The translations under genes were made by a program, and so were the position numbers. From the IMG/VR virus record IMGVR_UViG_3300042389_001027, positions 64,619-128,618 of that record: DNA of 64,000 nt. One strand, 5' to 3'. A model generated the notes under the pieces. It saw only the letters and a program-made list of their open reading frames with translations, had not been told where the DNA came from and did no database searches. Shown one piece after another: positions 46,546-54,448 of the stretch (its first letter is position 1; each line of letters opens with the position of its first letter). Origin of the DNA: a virus.

Positions 46546-46608
46546 TCGCCCAGCCCCCCAAAAGGCGAAGCAAGAGCGTCATTCCCTAGCGGAGTGGCGC
46601 TCTTTGCT
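46546..46608 (+). ncRNA. 3'-UTR hairpin with a six-C loop followed by a terminator hairpin
   Basis: TCGCC-CAGCCCCCCAAAA-GGCGA, then AGCAAGAGCG...CGCTCTTTGCT. Confidence 0.4.
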
Positions 46609-46636
46609 ATGTCGGCGACTGTAACATTACTCAATC

Positions 46637-47101
46637 ATGTCGGATGAAAAACCTTACGACCAAGACGACGAACACAAAGAACTCATACCAATCGTCTTGC
46701 CATACCCGCCGACCGAAAACAACATTTATGAACTAGTGCGTTACATGACCGATGCCGACAGGAGAGACGAAGTGATAAACCAGACGGTGCGGGACTACCT
46801 TGATGAACTGTTTGATGAGTTCGGGGAAGACTGCGTCGTGCCAATCTTGTCGTACGTTCAGTTGGAAATGGGGTGGGACTTGGAAATCCTGATGGACAAA
46901 CGGGATACCGAGGATGCGCTGATGAAAAACCACAGCATCTTTGATGATGAAATCTGGCGAAAAGTTCTAAATACCCGTGCGGTGAACGAGTTTCATCACG
47001 CCGTCTATCGGCTTAGTCAAACCTATCTGAATGATGCGATTGCGGAGGTGTTGATGAAGGAAGAACTTCGCACCCCTCCAGAGGGTGACCTTCCAAACTG
47101 A
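46637..47101 (+). CDS. Acidic hypothetical protein
   Basis: 154 aa. Confidence 0.7.
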   Translation: MSDEKPYDQDDEHKELIPIVLPYPPTENNIYELVRYMTDADRRDEVINQTVRDYLDELFDEFGEDCVVPILSYVQLEMGWDLEILMDKRDTEDALMKNHSIFDDEIWRKVLNTRAVNEFHHAVYRLSQTYLNDAIAEVLMKEELRTPPEGDLPN

Positions 47102-47160
47102 TGTGCTCAACGACATCTGGGTCGTAGAGAGTCCCGCACGCATCACACTTTACGAGATGC

Positions 47161-47403
47161 TCACGACGCCGATTCGCCATCTTCACCCTCGTACAGACGC
47201 AGCGTCACTTTGATTGAGCCGTCGGCTTCTACGGAGTTGACCTCCAAGCCGAGGGTTTCCAACAGAATGTCGGTTAGTTCTGACATTTCTTCTGCTAGTT
47301 CCTCAACATCATCATCGCTCATCTCGTCATCTGCTCCGATGCTGACAAGCACATCAACGATTGTCTCGTAAATCTTTATTTTGGCTTCAGGTCCTGTAGT
47401 CAC
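47161..47403 (-). CDS. Acidic hypothetical protein
   Basis: 80 aa, D/E-rich. Confidence 0.65.
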   Translation of the reverse strand: MTTGPEAKIKIYETIVDVLVSIGADDEMSDDDVEELAEEMSELTDILLETLGLEVNSVEADGSIKVTLRLYEGEDGESAS

Positions 47404-47487
47404 TTGTTTTTTCTATCACACAATGCTAGGCTGGCGTCGCACCTTCGGGACTTCCGAGGGTCAACTCACACAAGGAGAATCCGTACT

Positions 47488-47952
47488 ATGGCGACAGCCC
47501 CAGTAACATTGGTCGGGCGTTTGACCCAAGACCCCGAACTCAAGTTCCTCGGTAATGGAACACCCAAACTGAGTTTTTCACTCGCAGTCAACCATTTTTG
47601 GAAAGACGCAAGTGGCGAAACACAGGAAAAGACCCACTTCTTCAATGTCATCGCATGGCGAAACATGGCGGAAGACGCAGCGGCAATCTTGGAAAAAGGA
47701 CTTCAGGTCATTGTCCAAGGTCGTCTTGAGCAGGAATCATGGGATGACAAGGACACAGGCAAGAAGCAGTCCCGTGTCGTGATTCTCGCAGACGAGATTG
47801 GCGCAACTGTGCGTGGCATCTCGGCGGTTTCCCGCAAGGCGAGCGGCGAAGGCGGCGCATCTTCAGGCGGGGCTCGTGCGGGCTCAGCAGTTGCGAAGGC
47901 GCAAGCAAAGGTCGCACCAAAGGTCGTTGAGGAAGAAGACGAACCATTCTGA
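47488..47952 (+). CDS. ssb: Single-stranded DNA-binding protein
   Basis: VGRLTQDPELKF...FSLAVN...W..AE...KG..V.V.GRL...W; acidic DEPF tail. Confidence 0.95.
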   Translation: MATAPVTLVGRLTQDPELKFLGNGTPKLSFSLAVNHFWKDASGETQEKTHFFNVIAWRNMAEDAAAILEKGLQVIVQGRLEQESWDDKDTGKKQSRVVILADEIGATVRGISAVSRKASGEGGASSGGARAGSAVAKAQAKVAPKVVEEEDEPF

Positions 47953-47995
47953 TAACCGTCAAACCGCATCTGTGAGTGCGGTACGGTAACAATAA

Positions 47996-48032
47996 GAAAA
48001 CCCCACCCGTCTGATGGCGAGTGGGGTTTCTT
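47996..48032. terminator. Bidirectional terminator
   Basis: GAAAACCCCAC...GTGGGGTTTC between convergent genes. Confidence 0.8.
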
Positions 48033-48053
48033 GCTGTTTAGGGTTGGCGTTGA

Positions 48054-48755
48054 TTAGCGTGCTGGGAAGTCTCGGATTAGTACCGACTCCTTGTCCATCG
48101 TGTCCCTGCCAAGAACATGGATTTCTGTGTTGTTGTAGTTCCAAGTCTCACGAACATGATGGTGACCGCAGACATGAAGGTCAGGGTTGACCTTTTGCTG
48201 TAGTTCCAACACGAGTTCACGCTGAGCAACCGATACGGGAATGTCATCTTTGTATGTGAGTTGCTTTCCGTATGGTGCTTCGTGGGTGATGAGGACATCT
48301 ACTTTGTCGTTGCTCACTTCGTCTAAGTGATACGGGTTGATGAGTTCTTGCTTCCAGAATGAATGACCCAACTCTCGCTGTTTCCAGTCCACGCTGTACG
48401 CACCGCCGTAGCCCATGAATGTGTACCCGTTGATGTCAAAACGACACCCTCGTGGTATCCACTTGACCCACTTGTCAGGGGTAGGGATAGGGGTATGGTC
48501 GCCGTGTTCCTCTCGGAGTTTGTCCAAAAGGTCGTGGTTCTCATGGTTGCCGTCTATCCACAAGATAGGAATGTTGTTGTGTTCTGCGAGCAGACTCGCC
48601 CGTGCGATGAACTTACGCCCAAACGCTAGGTGAACCCAGTAGCCGAAGTCGCCACACGCAATGATGGTGTCAACATCGTTCTTCTTTGCATGGCGGAATA
48701 GCCAGTTCAGATGGCTCATGTTTCCATGAATGTCACCTGCGAACATGATTCTCAT
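48054..48755 (-). CDS. Metallophosphoesterase
   Basis: GDIHG, CGDFG, DGNHE, THEAP, GHHH. Confidence 0.92.
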   Translation of the reverse strand: MRIMFAGDIHGNMSHLNWLFRHAKKNDVDTIIACGDFGYWVHLAFGRKFIARASLLAEHNNIPILWIDGNHENHDLLDKLREEHGDHTPIPTPDKWVKWIPRGCRFDINGYTFMGYGGAYSVDWKQRELGHSFWKQELINPYHLDEVSNDKVDVLITHEAPYGKQLTYKDDIPVSVAQRELVLELQQKVNPDLHVCGHHHVRETWNYNNTEIHVLGRDTMDKESVLIRDFPAR

Positions 48756-48838
48756 TTATTGTCACCTCCTCGGTGCTCTAGTAGTTCTATAACCATAAGT
48801 ATAGCAAGGGGGTGTAACATTTGCAACTCCTAGATTTC

Positions 48839-48852
48839 AGAACATTTGTTCG
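48839..48852. promoter_or_regulatory. LexA box in a divergent promoter region
   Basis: AGAAC-ATTT-GTTCG immediately before the -10 of the gene at 48867. Confidence 0.65.
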
Positions 48853-48866
48853 TATAACATCATCAT

Positions 48867-49271
48867 GTGACACGGATTTCAGACCAACTACCTGACGACA
48901 TTATTTACCTGATTCGGAACATCAGTGAGGGAAACATCACAGATGCCGAAATGGAAGGTATTCTCCCAGATTTCTATGTGCGGGTAGCCGTCGTAGATGA
49001 GGGCAAAAACCTCCCCGTAAGCCCAGAAACGCACGACAAGGCTGCGGCTTGGATTGAGAAGCAGCGGGGCTTCCAGAAGCGTGCATCGGAGGCTTGGGCT
49101 GTCCTGCAGCGGGCGGAACCCATAGATGCGGTCGCCGTCGGCAAGGGAGGGAATCTTCCCGAATGGTTTGGCTACACATGGACATCAAACTTGATGTTTG
49201 ATTGGGCAACAAACCTGCATCTTGCTGTTTTTGATGCGGAAAAATACATTTCCGAACGAGGATTGCGTTAA
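48867..49271 (+). CDS. Hypothetical protein (leaderless)
   Basis: TAACAT-N6-GTG. Confidence 0.7.
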   Translation: MTRISDQLPDDIIYLIRNISEGNITDAEMEGILPDFYVRVAVVDEGKNLPVSPETHDKAAAWIEKQRGFQKRASEAWAVLQRAEPIDAVAVGKGGNLPEWFGYTWTSNLMFDWATNLHLAVFDAEKYISERGLR

Positions 49272-49272
49272 G

Positions 49273-50430
49273 TCAGAACAGTTGAGGCTGATGGTCGGGT
49301 ATTTCTGCGATTCGCTTCTCCGCCAACTTCGCATACTCGGGATTTAACTCAAACCCGATGCCATCCCTGCCCAACCGCTTTGCGACCGCCAGCGTTGTCC
49401 CAGAGCCCGCAAACGGGTCAAGTACGACACACGGGGCTACTGGGGCATCGCATGAGCACGTTGCCTCCCAGCCGACGGTGAACGTTGGGACTGTGTGTTT
49501 GAGGGTTGAGCCATCTTCCAGACCAGTTCGTCGCATCCCTTGTTCGTTGATGTCGTACTGCCCAGCCCCCTGTGCTGACCATGCCTGAAGGATTGGTTCG
49601 CCCTTCTCTGTCAGTCGGACATACGGATTCCCGCACTTGGAACAGCAACCTTTCTCAGATGTGCCTGCAAGAATGCACGGCTCAACGAGGTCGTGAGGGA
49701 AAGTTGCGAAATGCGCCCCTTTGTACGGCTTCGTGTTGATTGTCCAGACGGACCTGCGGTTCTTCATCGCTCCAACGGTGTAGTTCGCTGAAGACGAGTT
49801 CGCCTCTGTCCCTCGCCGCGAGTCCCGTCGTGCGCCACGGTTGTCGCCCGCCCAGATGGCTGGCTCCTTGATGGCTTCCGCATCGTAGAAGTACCTGGGT
49901 TTCTTTGCGAGGAGGAAGATGTATTCGTGTGATGTGGTGCAACGGTCAGTCACGCTTGACGGCATCGCATTCGGTTTGTTCCAAATGATGTCTTGTCGCA
50001 AATACCAGCCAGCATCTTGGAGCGCAAATGCTACTCGCCATGGGATGCCCATGAGGTCTTTTGGTTTTAAACCGTCGGGTGTGGACTTATGGAGTGTCCC
50101 AATGATTGTTCCAAGTGAAGTTGCCTGTTTGGAGTTCGGGTCAACGTTCGCTGAGCCGTCTGCGTTCCGCCCTTTGCCTGAGCCCGCATAACTGTCTCCG
50201 AGATTCAGCCAGAGAGTCCCGTCGTCACGAAGTACACGATGTATCTCTTTGAATACCTCAAGCATCGCAGCGACGAACTCTTGAGGTGATGGCTCCTGTC
50301 CGATTTGTCCTTCGTGTCCGTAATCACGCAACCCGAAGTACGGGGGTGATGTGACGACGCAGTGTACGGATTTGTCAGGTAGATGCGAAAGTCCTGTTCG
50401 GCAATCGCTAACAATCAGTTGTGTGGTCAA
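49273..50430 (-). CDS. DNA N4-cytosine/N6-adenine methyltransferase (beta class)
   Basis: VTSPPY near the N-terminus; HFATFP; [10 protein letters not shown] near the C-terminus. Confidence 0.93.
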   Translation of the reverse strand: MTTQLIVSDCRTGLSHLPDKSVHCVVTSPPYFGLRDYGHEGQIGQEPSPQEFVAAMLEVFKEIHRVLRDDGTLWLNLGDSYAGSGKGRNADGSANVDPNSKQATSLGTIIGTLHKSTPDGLKPKDLMGIPWRVAFALQDAGWYLRQDIIWNKPNAMPSSVTDRCTTSHEYIFLLAKKPRYFYDAEAIKEPAIWAGDNRGARRDSRRGTEANSSSANYTVGAMKNRRSVWTINTKPYKGAHFATFPHDLVEPCILAGTSEKGCCSKCGNPYVRLTEKGEPILQAWSAQGAGQYDINEQGMRRTGLEDGSTLKHTVPTFTVGWEATCSCDAPVAPCVVLDPFAGSGTTLAVAKRLGRDGIGFELNPEYAKLAEKRIAEIPDHQPQLF

Positions 50431-50436
50431 GTTTCT

Positions 50437-50775
50437 CTATTTTCTAGTGAACCACTTCAGTACTCGTGCCCGAAGCGAAGGATTAACAATGTCGTTTGCC
50501 TTCACCACATTAGCGGTTTTTTCAATGATTTCCTTGATTCCTTCAGGCACGCTTGCGGTGACTTCAACTTTGATGTCGGCTTTCGCAGTGGATGTCTTCG
50601 GCGACTGTGTTTTCACGACTGTCTTCGCTGCGGGACGCTTACGCGGCTCAGCACTCTTCTGCGGCACAACTTTCTTCGCGGATGCCTTCTTCGCACCCGC
50701 TTTCTTCGCAGCGGTTTTCTTCGCAACTGCTTTCTTCGCGGCTGGTTTCTTTTTGGGTTGCTTGCTTTCGTTCAT
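50437..50775 (-). CDS. Histone H1-like Lys/Ala-rich protein
   Basis: PAAKKAVAKKTAAKKAGAKKASAKK repeats. Confidence 0.7.
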   Translation of the reverse strand: MNESKQPKKKPAAKKAVAKKTAAKKAGAKKASAKKVVPQKSAEPRKRPAAKTVVKTQSPKTSTAKADIKVEVTASVPEGIKEIIEKTANVVKANDIVNPSLRARVLKWFTRK

Positions 50776-50850
50776 AACACGCAACAGTAGTACGAACTTC
50801 GTTTTCGTAAGAGCACTTTCGGTCACATTTTATGAGATAGGGTTACATTC

Positions 50851-51468
50851 ATGGATGCGTATCCAACAACTCTTGACAAAGTCGCCCTGGTAGTAGAAGC
50901 AGCGAAAGTCGCAAAATCAGATGCGGTAAAACTGAACGGAATCGGGGAGGACATCAACCTTAACTTGTTCGGGTGGCGGGACTCCTCGCTGGTCGTCATC
51001 GCTCAGATGCTTGACAGCAGTCAGATTCCAAAAGACGAACGGTTCGCCAAAGTCGTGAATGCGCTTTGTATTATCAGACAAGGTTGGCAAGTTGATGGAT
51101 TTACGATGGTTGCGGAAGCGTTTTGCTCACTTTTGCCGTCGGACACGAGGGGCAAAGACCTTGCGGCGCAGTTCGCCGAGAAGGATTCGCCTGTGATGGA
51201 GTGCCTCTCGTTCACGCACGTATCGCACAAAGATGCGCTCTTCGTAACAGTCCCGTACACGTGCGTTCCGCCTCGCACGGTCATATACAAGACCCCGCTG
51301 AAGTACTCTGGTTACGAGGGTGTGCTCCGTGATAGAAAGTATCCCGCTGCGATGGGGAAGGCTCTTGACCTCCCGATTAGCGAGTCGGTGGTTGAGGATG
51401 GCGATGTGTTTCATGCCGTTCTCGCTGAGGGGTTGGCTGACGAAGGGTTTGATGTTCATTATCTTTAG
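50851..51468 (+). CDS. Hypothetical protein (leaderless)
   Basis: TAGGGT-N7-ATG; 205 aa. Confidence 0.75.
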   Translation: MDAYPTTLDKVALVVEAAKVAKSDAVKLNGIGEDINLNLFGWRDSSLVVIAQMLDSSQIPKDERFAKVVNALCIIRQGWQVDGFTMVAEAFCSLLPSDTRGKDLAAQFAEKDSPVMECLSFTHVSHKDALFVTVPYTCVPPRTVIYKTPLKYSGYEGVLRDRKYPAAMGKALDLPISESVVEDGDVFHAVLAEGLADEGFDVHYL

Positions 51469-51472
51469 TTTC

Positions 51473-51502
51473 TTGACATAACACATCTGTTATGTGTATA
51501 AT
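51473..51502 (+). promoter_or_regulatory. Consensus promoter overlapped by a palindromic operator
   Basis: TTGACA-18-TATAAT; ACATAACA-CATC-TGTTATGT inverted repeat. Confidence 0.85.
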
Positions 51503-51507
51503 GTAAA

Positions 51508-51578
51508 AAGCAGGCGTCTCCTTTCCGCCTGTGCCAAGACCCCCTCCGACTTCATGTGGTGGGGGTTTTTGGTTTTTT
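51508..51578 (+). ncRNA. ~70-nt small RNA with an anti-Shine-Dalgarno loop
   Basis: Own promoter; CAGGCG-UCUCCUUUC-CGCCUG hairpin; ACCCCC/GGGGGU terminator plus U-tract; no ORF. Confidence 0.7.
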
Positions 51579-51622
51579 GACAATGCTTGACTTCATGAAC
51601 TAGATTGGGTAAGTTTAGATAC

Positions 51623-51919
51623 ATGAACTACTACACCAATAAACAGCACCCAAACTACTACTACAGCATTCGCACTTTCGTAAGGGTCACCTTTTGGGGA
51701 GGTGTGGCAGTCGGTCTCTTCGTGGGGGCAGGCGTACTCGGAGAAAAACTGGCAGACGACCCACGACCCAAATGTGATGTGACAGTCAATGTGGATTTCA
51801 CATGGGTCAATAACGGCACAACATGGGTTGACCTCACAATGTGCCAAAACCCGAACAACGGGATTTTCCTTGAGCCCGACGGAACATGGCGTTGGTACGA
51901 CCCAGAGTTGGATAACTGA
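51623..51919 (+). CDS. Single-TM hypothetical protein (leaderless)
   Basis: TTGACT...TAAGTT-N7-ATG; one hydrophobic helix. Confidence 0.7.
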   Translation: MNYYTNKQHPNYYYSIRTFVRVTFWGGVAVGLFVGAGVLGEKLADDPRPKCDVTVNVDFTWVNNGTTWVDLTMCQNPNNGIFLEPDGTWRWYDPELDN

Positions 51920-51933
51920 GTAGACTGCGAGAC

Positions 51934-52266
51934 ATGACAATGGACATGGACACATACCAGCAACAAGCATCCACCACAGCGAAGTACCCCGAAAGCACAG
52001 GCTTGATTTACTGCGTGCTCGGGCTCGCATCCGAAGCAGGTGAAGTCGCTGGCAAACTGAAGAAAGCCATCCGTGACGAGAACGGCGTCCTGTCGGAGTC
52101 CCGCAAGGAAGACTTGCTCGCGGAACTCGGCGATGTGCTCTGGTACTGCGCGATGACCGCGATGGAACTTGATGCGACGCTCTCCTCGGTCGCTGAGGCA
52201 AATCTCAACAAACTGTTTGACCGCAAAGACCGTGGTGTCATCGGGGGCGATGGGGACAAGCGGTGA
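51934..52266 (+). CDS. mazG: MazG-like nucleotide pyrophosphohydrolase
   Basis: LGLASEAGEVA.K.KK...ELGDVLWY...N..KL..R. Confidence 0.9.
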   Translation: MTMDMDTYQQQASTTAKYPESTGLIYCVLGLASEAGEVAGKLKKAIRDENGVLSESRKEDLLAELGDVLWYCAMTAMELDATLSSVAEANLNKLFDRKDRGVIGGDGDKR

Positions 52267-52323
52267 AAGCCTTCATTTCCGTCATTGCCGTGCTTGGCAT
52301 GGTTTTGCTGATTGGAATGCGAA

Positions 52324-52584
52324 ATGACTGACACAACTTGGACTTGGTTGCTGTTCGGAATGGAAATCATTGGTGTCACAGGAATGTGGTACGCAGGGAA
52401 AAAGATGTGGTGGGGCTGGCTCATCGTCATCCTCCACACCATCCCGTGGTTCATTTACGCCGTCACCCACAACAAGCCCGGATTCGTCGCAATGTCATTG
52501 ATGTGGTGGGCTGTTCACTGGCGGAACATGATTCGCTGGCGCAGGGAAGAGCGTTGGAGCAAGGCGGGGCTTGTGAGGGGATGA
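52324..52584 (+). CDS. Small PnuC-like membrane protein
   Basis: G.W..G.K.WWGW......W..YA...GF...RN...W pattern. Confidence 0.65.
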   Translation: MTDTTWTWLLFGMEIIGVTGMWYAGKKMWWGWLIVILHTIPWFIYAVTHNKPGFVAMSLMWWAVHWRNMIRWRREERWSKAGLVRG

Positions 52585-52588
52585 ACCC

Positions 52589-53098
52589 TCAGTCGCCCTC
52601 CTTCCACAACTTCTCCAACTCGTCGCGCTCCTCCGACTCCCGCTGGACGCGCTCCATGATTGCGTCAAACACACCACCCAACCCGTCGGGGTTATCCAAC
52701 TCCTCGCCCATGAGCCGCTGGATTTCCATGTGTGCGTCAAGTTCCTCGTCGGTCATAGCGTTCAGTTCACGCTCGTATGCGACTTGCTGACCTGCGAACA
52801 GGAACATCTCCAACTGTAGGTCGTCAATCAACTTGAACTCCGAAATCATGTTGTTCAGATAAACCGCTGACGGAATGCGTTCTCCCGTACGAATGCTCTG
52901 TGCGATGTTGTGCCAAAACAGTTCCGTCTTGTACTCGTACAGTCTCACTAGGTCATCGGGGATGAAGTCATCCTGCCAATCCCATCCGTCAAGGTCAAAG
53001 TCCTTAGCCGATGGCACTCGGTCAGGGAAACGCTTCATGGATTCTGCCCGTAGAGCCCCATGACCGTCGTCGCCTTCATTACTATCTATGTCAAACAT
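52589..53098 (-). CDS. Acidic hypothetical protein
   Basis: 169 aa; GGAAGG RBS. Confidence 0.7.
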   Translation of the reverse strand: MFDIDSNEGDDGHGALRAESMKRFPDRVPSAKDFDLDGWDWQDDFIPDDLVRLYEYKTELFWHNIAQSIRTGERIPSAVYLNNMISEFKLIDDLQLEMFLFAGQQVAYERELNAMTDEELDAHMEIQRLMGEELDNPDGLGGVFDAIMERVQRESEERDELEKLWKEGD

Positions 53099-53206
53099 TG
53101 TCTATACCTTCCTTGTTTATGCCCCCTCCGTGGGGGTCTATGTCTATAACGAACAAAGGTGGGGAAAGTGTGCGCTCCCCATCGGCTTGTAATACTAAAA
53201 TGTTGT

Positions 53207-53389
53207 ATGGGAAAGAAAAAGAAATCATCAGGTTCGCAATCCACAGGTCGCACCCGTGTGAACCCCTTGACTGGTCAAGTGGAAACTGTGAGTGGGACAA
53301 AGGCTGGCAAACGACGGTCGTACCTCCCTGCTGGACACCCCCTCAGGACACACGACATTCAGGGCGCATCAAAGAAGAAAGACAAGTAG
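53207..53389 (+). CDS. Small basic protein (leaderless)
   Basis: TAAAAT-N5-ATG; MGKKKKSSG...KKKDK. Confidence 0.6.
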   Translation: MGKKKKSSGSQSTGRTRVNPLTGQVETVSGTKAGKRRSYLPAGHPLRTHDIQGASKKKDK

Positions 53390-53549
53390 TCCCGCTCTCA
53401 TGATGCCCTCCTCATGGCGACCATCACCAGATAGCCGTATCGCTGTGCGCTTCGCACTCACGGGGCTTCTGGCGTTCTTCTCGTGGTTGTGCGGGGTTGT
53501 CTCGTTCGCACTTCTCTGTTGGGGTTCGTGGGTGTATTCACGCCGTCGG

Positions 53550-53714
53550 TCAGGTACATAGTTCACAGTATTCATGGGGGTCGTGGTCGCATACTTCGTA
53601 CCACACTTCCCATTCGTAATAGTCGTGGCTGTCAAGGTACTCTCGTACTTCCCTCTTAGCCTGTCGCCTGTGTTGCTTGACCTTGTGACGGTAATACAAC
53701 AGTCCTAGTATCAC
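53550..53714 (-). CDS. Small hypothetical protein (54 aa, not in the ORF track)
   Basis: Hand translation MILGLLYYRHKVKQHRRQAKREVREYLDSHDYYEWEVWYEVCDHDPHEYCELCT. Confidence 0.45.
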   Translation of the reverse strand: MILGLLYYRHKVKQHRRQAKREVREYLDSHDYYEWEVWYEVCDHDPHEYCELCT

Positions 53715-53793
53715 TTTGATACCCGTGAACTACCCGTGAGCATCTTGACGATGCGCCTGAGCGTCACTCTCCTTATCCAAGTCAAGTAGAGAT

Positions 53794-53841
53794 GTATCAC
53801 TTCGTATCTCTTTGTATCACTTTGTATCCCTTTGTATTGCT
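53794..53841. repeat. 10-bp tandem repeat x5 (GTATCNCTTY), iteron-like
   Basis: GTATCACTTC GTATCTCTTT GTATCACTTT GTATCCCTTT GTATTGCT. Confidence 0.75.
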
Positions 53842-53975
53842 GATTCCATTTATACAAACTCTTTCCTGTATTAGCAGAGGGGTCTCCTCCACTATAGACA
53901 ACATAACAGATGTGTTAGATGTTGTCAAGTGTTACGAATAAATATTTACCCGTGAGCACCCGTAAGCACTAAAGC

Positions 53976-54007
53976 AAAAAGAGGGGAGAGGTGTTACCTC
54001 CTCCCCT
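53976..54007 (-). terminator. Intrinsic terminator
   Basis: AGGGGAG...CTCCCCT stem plus A-tract. Confidence 0.7.
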
Positions 54008-54012
54008 TGCTT

Positions 54013-54291
54013 TCAGAACTTGTAGTCGGTGTAGAAGATTGGGGTCTCTGTCTCCCTCAAGGGGCGCATACCTTGACCTGTGCGGTATGTGCCGTCTTTG
54101 CGGAGTCGCACTGTCATTGTGTATCCCTCAGGGCAAGTGATTGCGATGTGTCCAACTACTGGCAACTCTGCGCCATCGTTGTAAACCTGCTCGCCTTGAC
54201 TCATCTGACGAATCGTAATCGTCTTAGCCGTCTGACGAATCACTTCCCAACATCTTGTGTCTGTCACAAGCGTTTCTGTCATGAACTTCAT
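54013..54291 (-). CDS. Hypothetical protein
   Basis: CTACTAGAAAGG leader; promoter at 54335-54363. Confidence 0.8.
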   Translation of the reverse strand: MKFMTETLVTDTRCWEVIRQTAKTITIRQMSQGEQVYNDGAELPVVGHIAITCPEGYTMTVRLRKDGTYRTGQGMRPLRETETPIFYTDYKF

Positions 54292-54334
54292 TGCTCTACC
54301 TTTCTAGTAGTTCAGGTACTTCCTGATAAATCTA

Positions 54335-54363
54335 ACTATAACAGGGGGGTGTAACATTGTCAA
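54335..54363 (-). promoter_or_regulatory. Sigma70-type promoter with TGTTACACCCC spacer motif
   Basis: TTGACA-17-TATAGT. Confidence 0.85.
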
Positions 54364-54415
54364 CCCCAAAACAAAAGAAATCCAAAAAACTTCCGAAACC
54401 CTCAAGCCCCTCCAA

Positions 54416-54448
54416 CAATCCACAACCTGTGGAAAAACCTGTGGACAA
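54416..54448. promoter_or_regulatory. Small cluster of degenerate DnaA boxes
   Basis: CAATCCACA, TGTGGAAAA, TGTGGACAA at 12-bp period. Confidence 0.55.

Larger units (their letters stand above)
28601..53176. repeat. Dispersed 30-bp bipartite motif TAACGAA-N~12-AAAGTGTGCGCT, 10 copies
   Basis: 28601, 29542, 32530, 32603, 34526, 35180, 35237 (reverse), 36885, 38881, 53147. Confidence 0.85.
23782..54310. promoter_or_regulatory. Start-associated motif CTACTAGAAAGG, about 20 copies
   Basis: e.g. 23782, 24663, 30622, 31952, 35155, 38835, 54299 (minus) and 35309, 41584, 42288 (plus), always oriented with and just upstream of a start codon. Confidence 0.9.

Noticed and set aside
49273-50430. Complete restriction-modification system
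   Set aside because: No adjacent endonuclease; an orphan phage methylase is the simpler reading.
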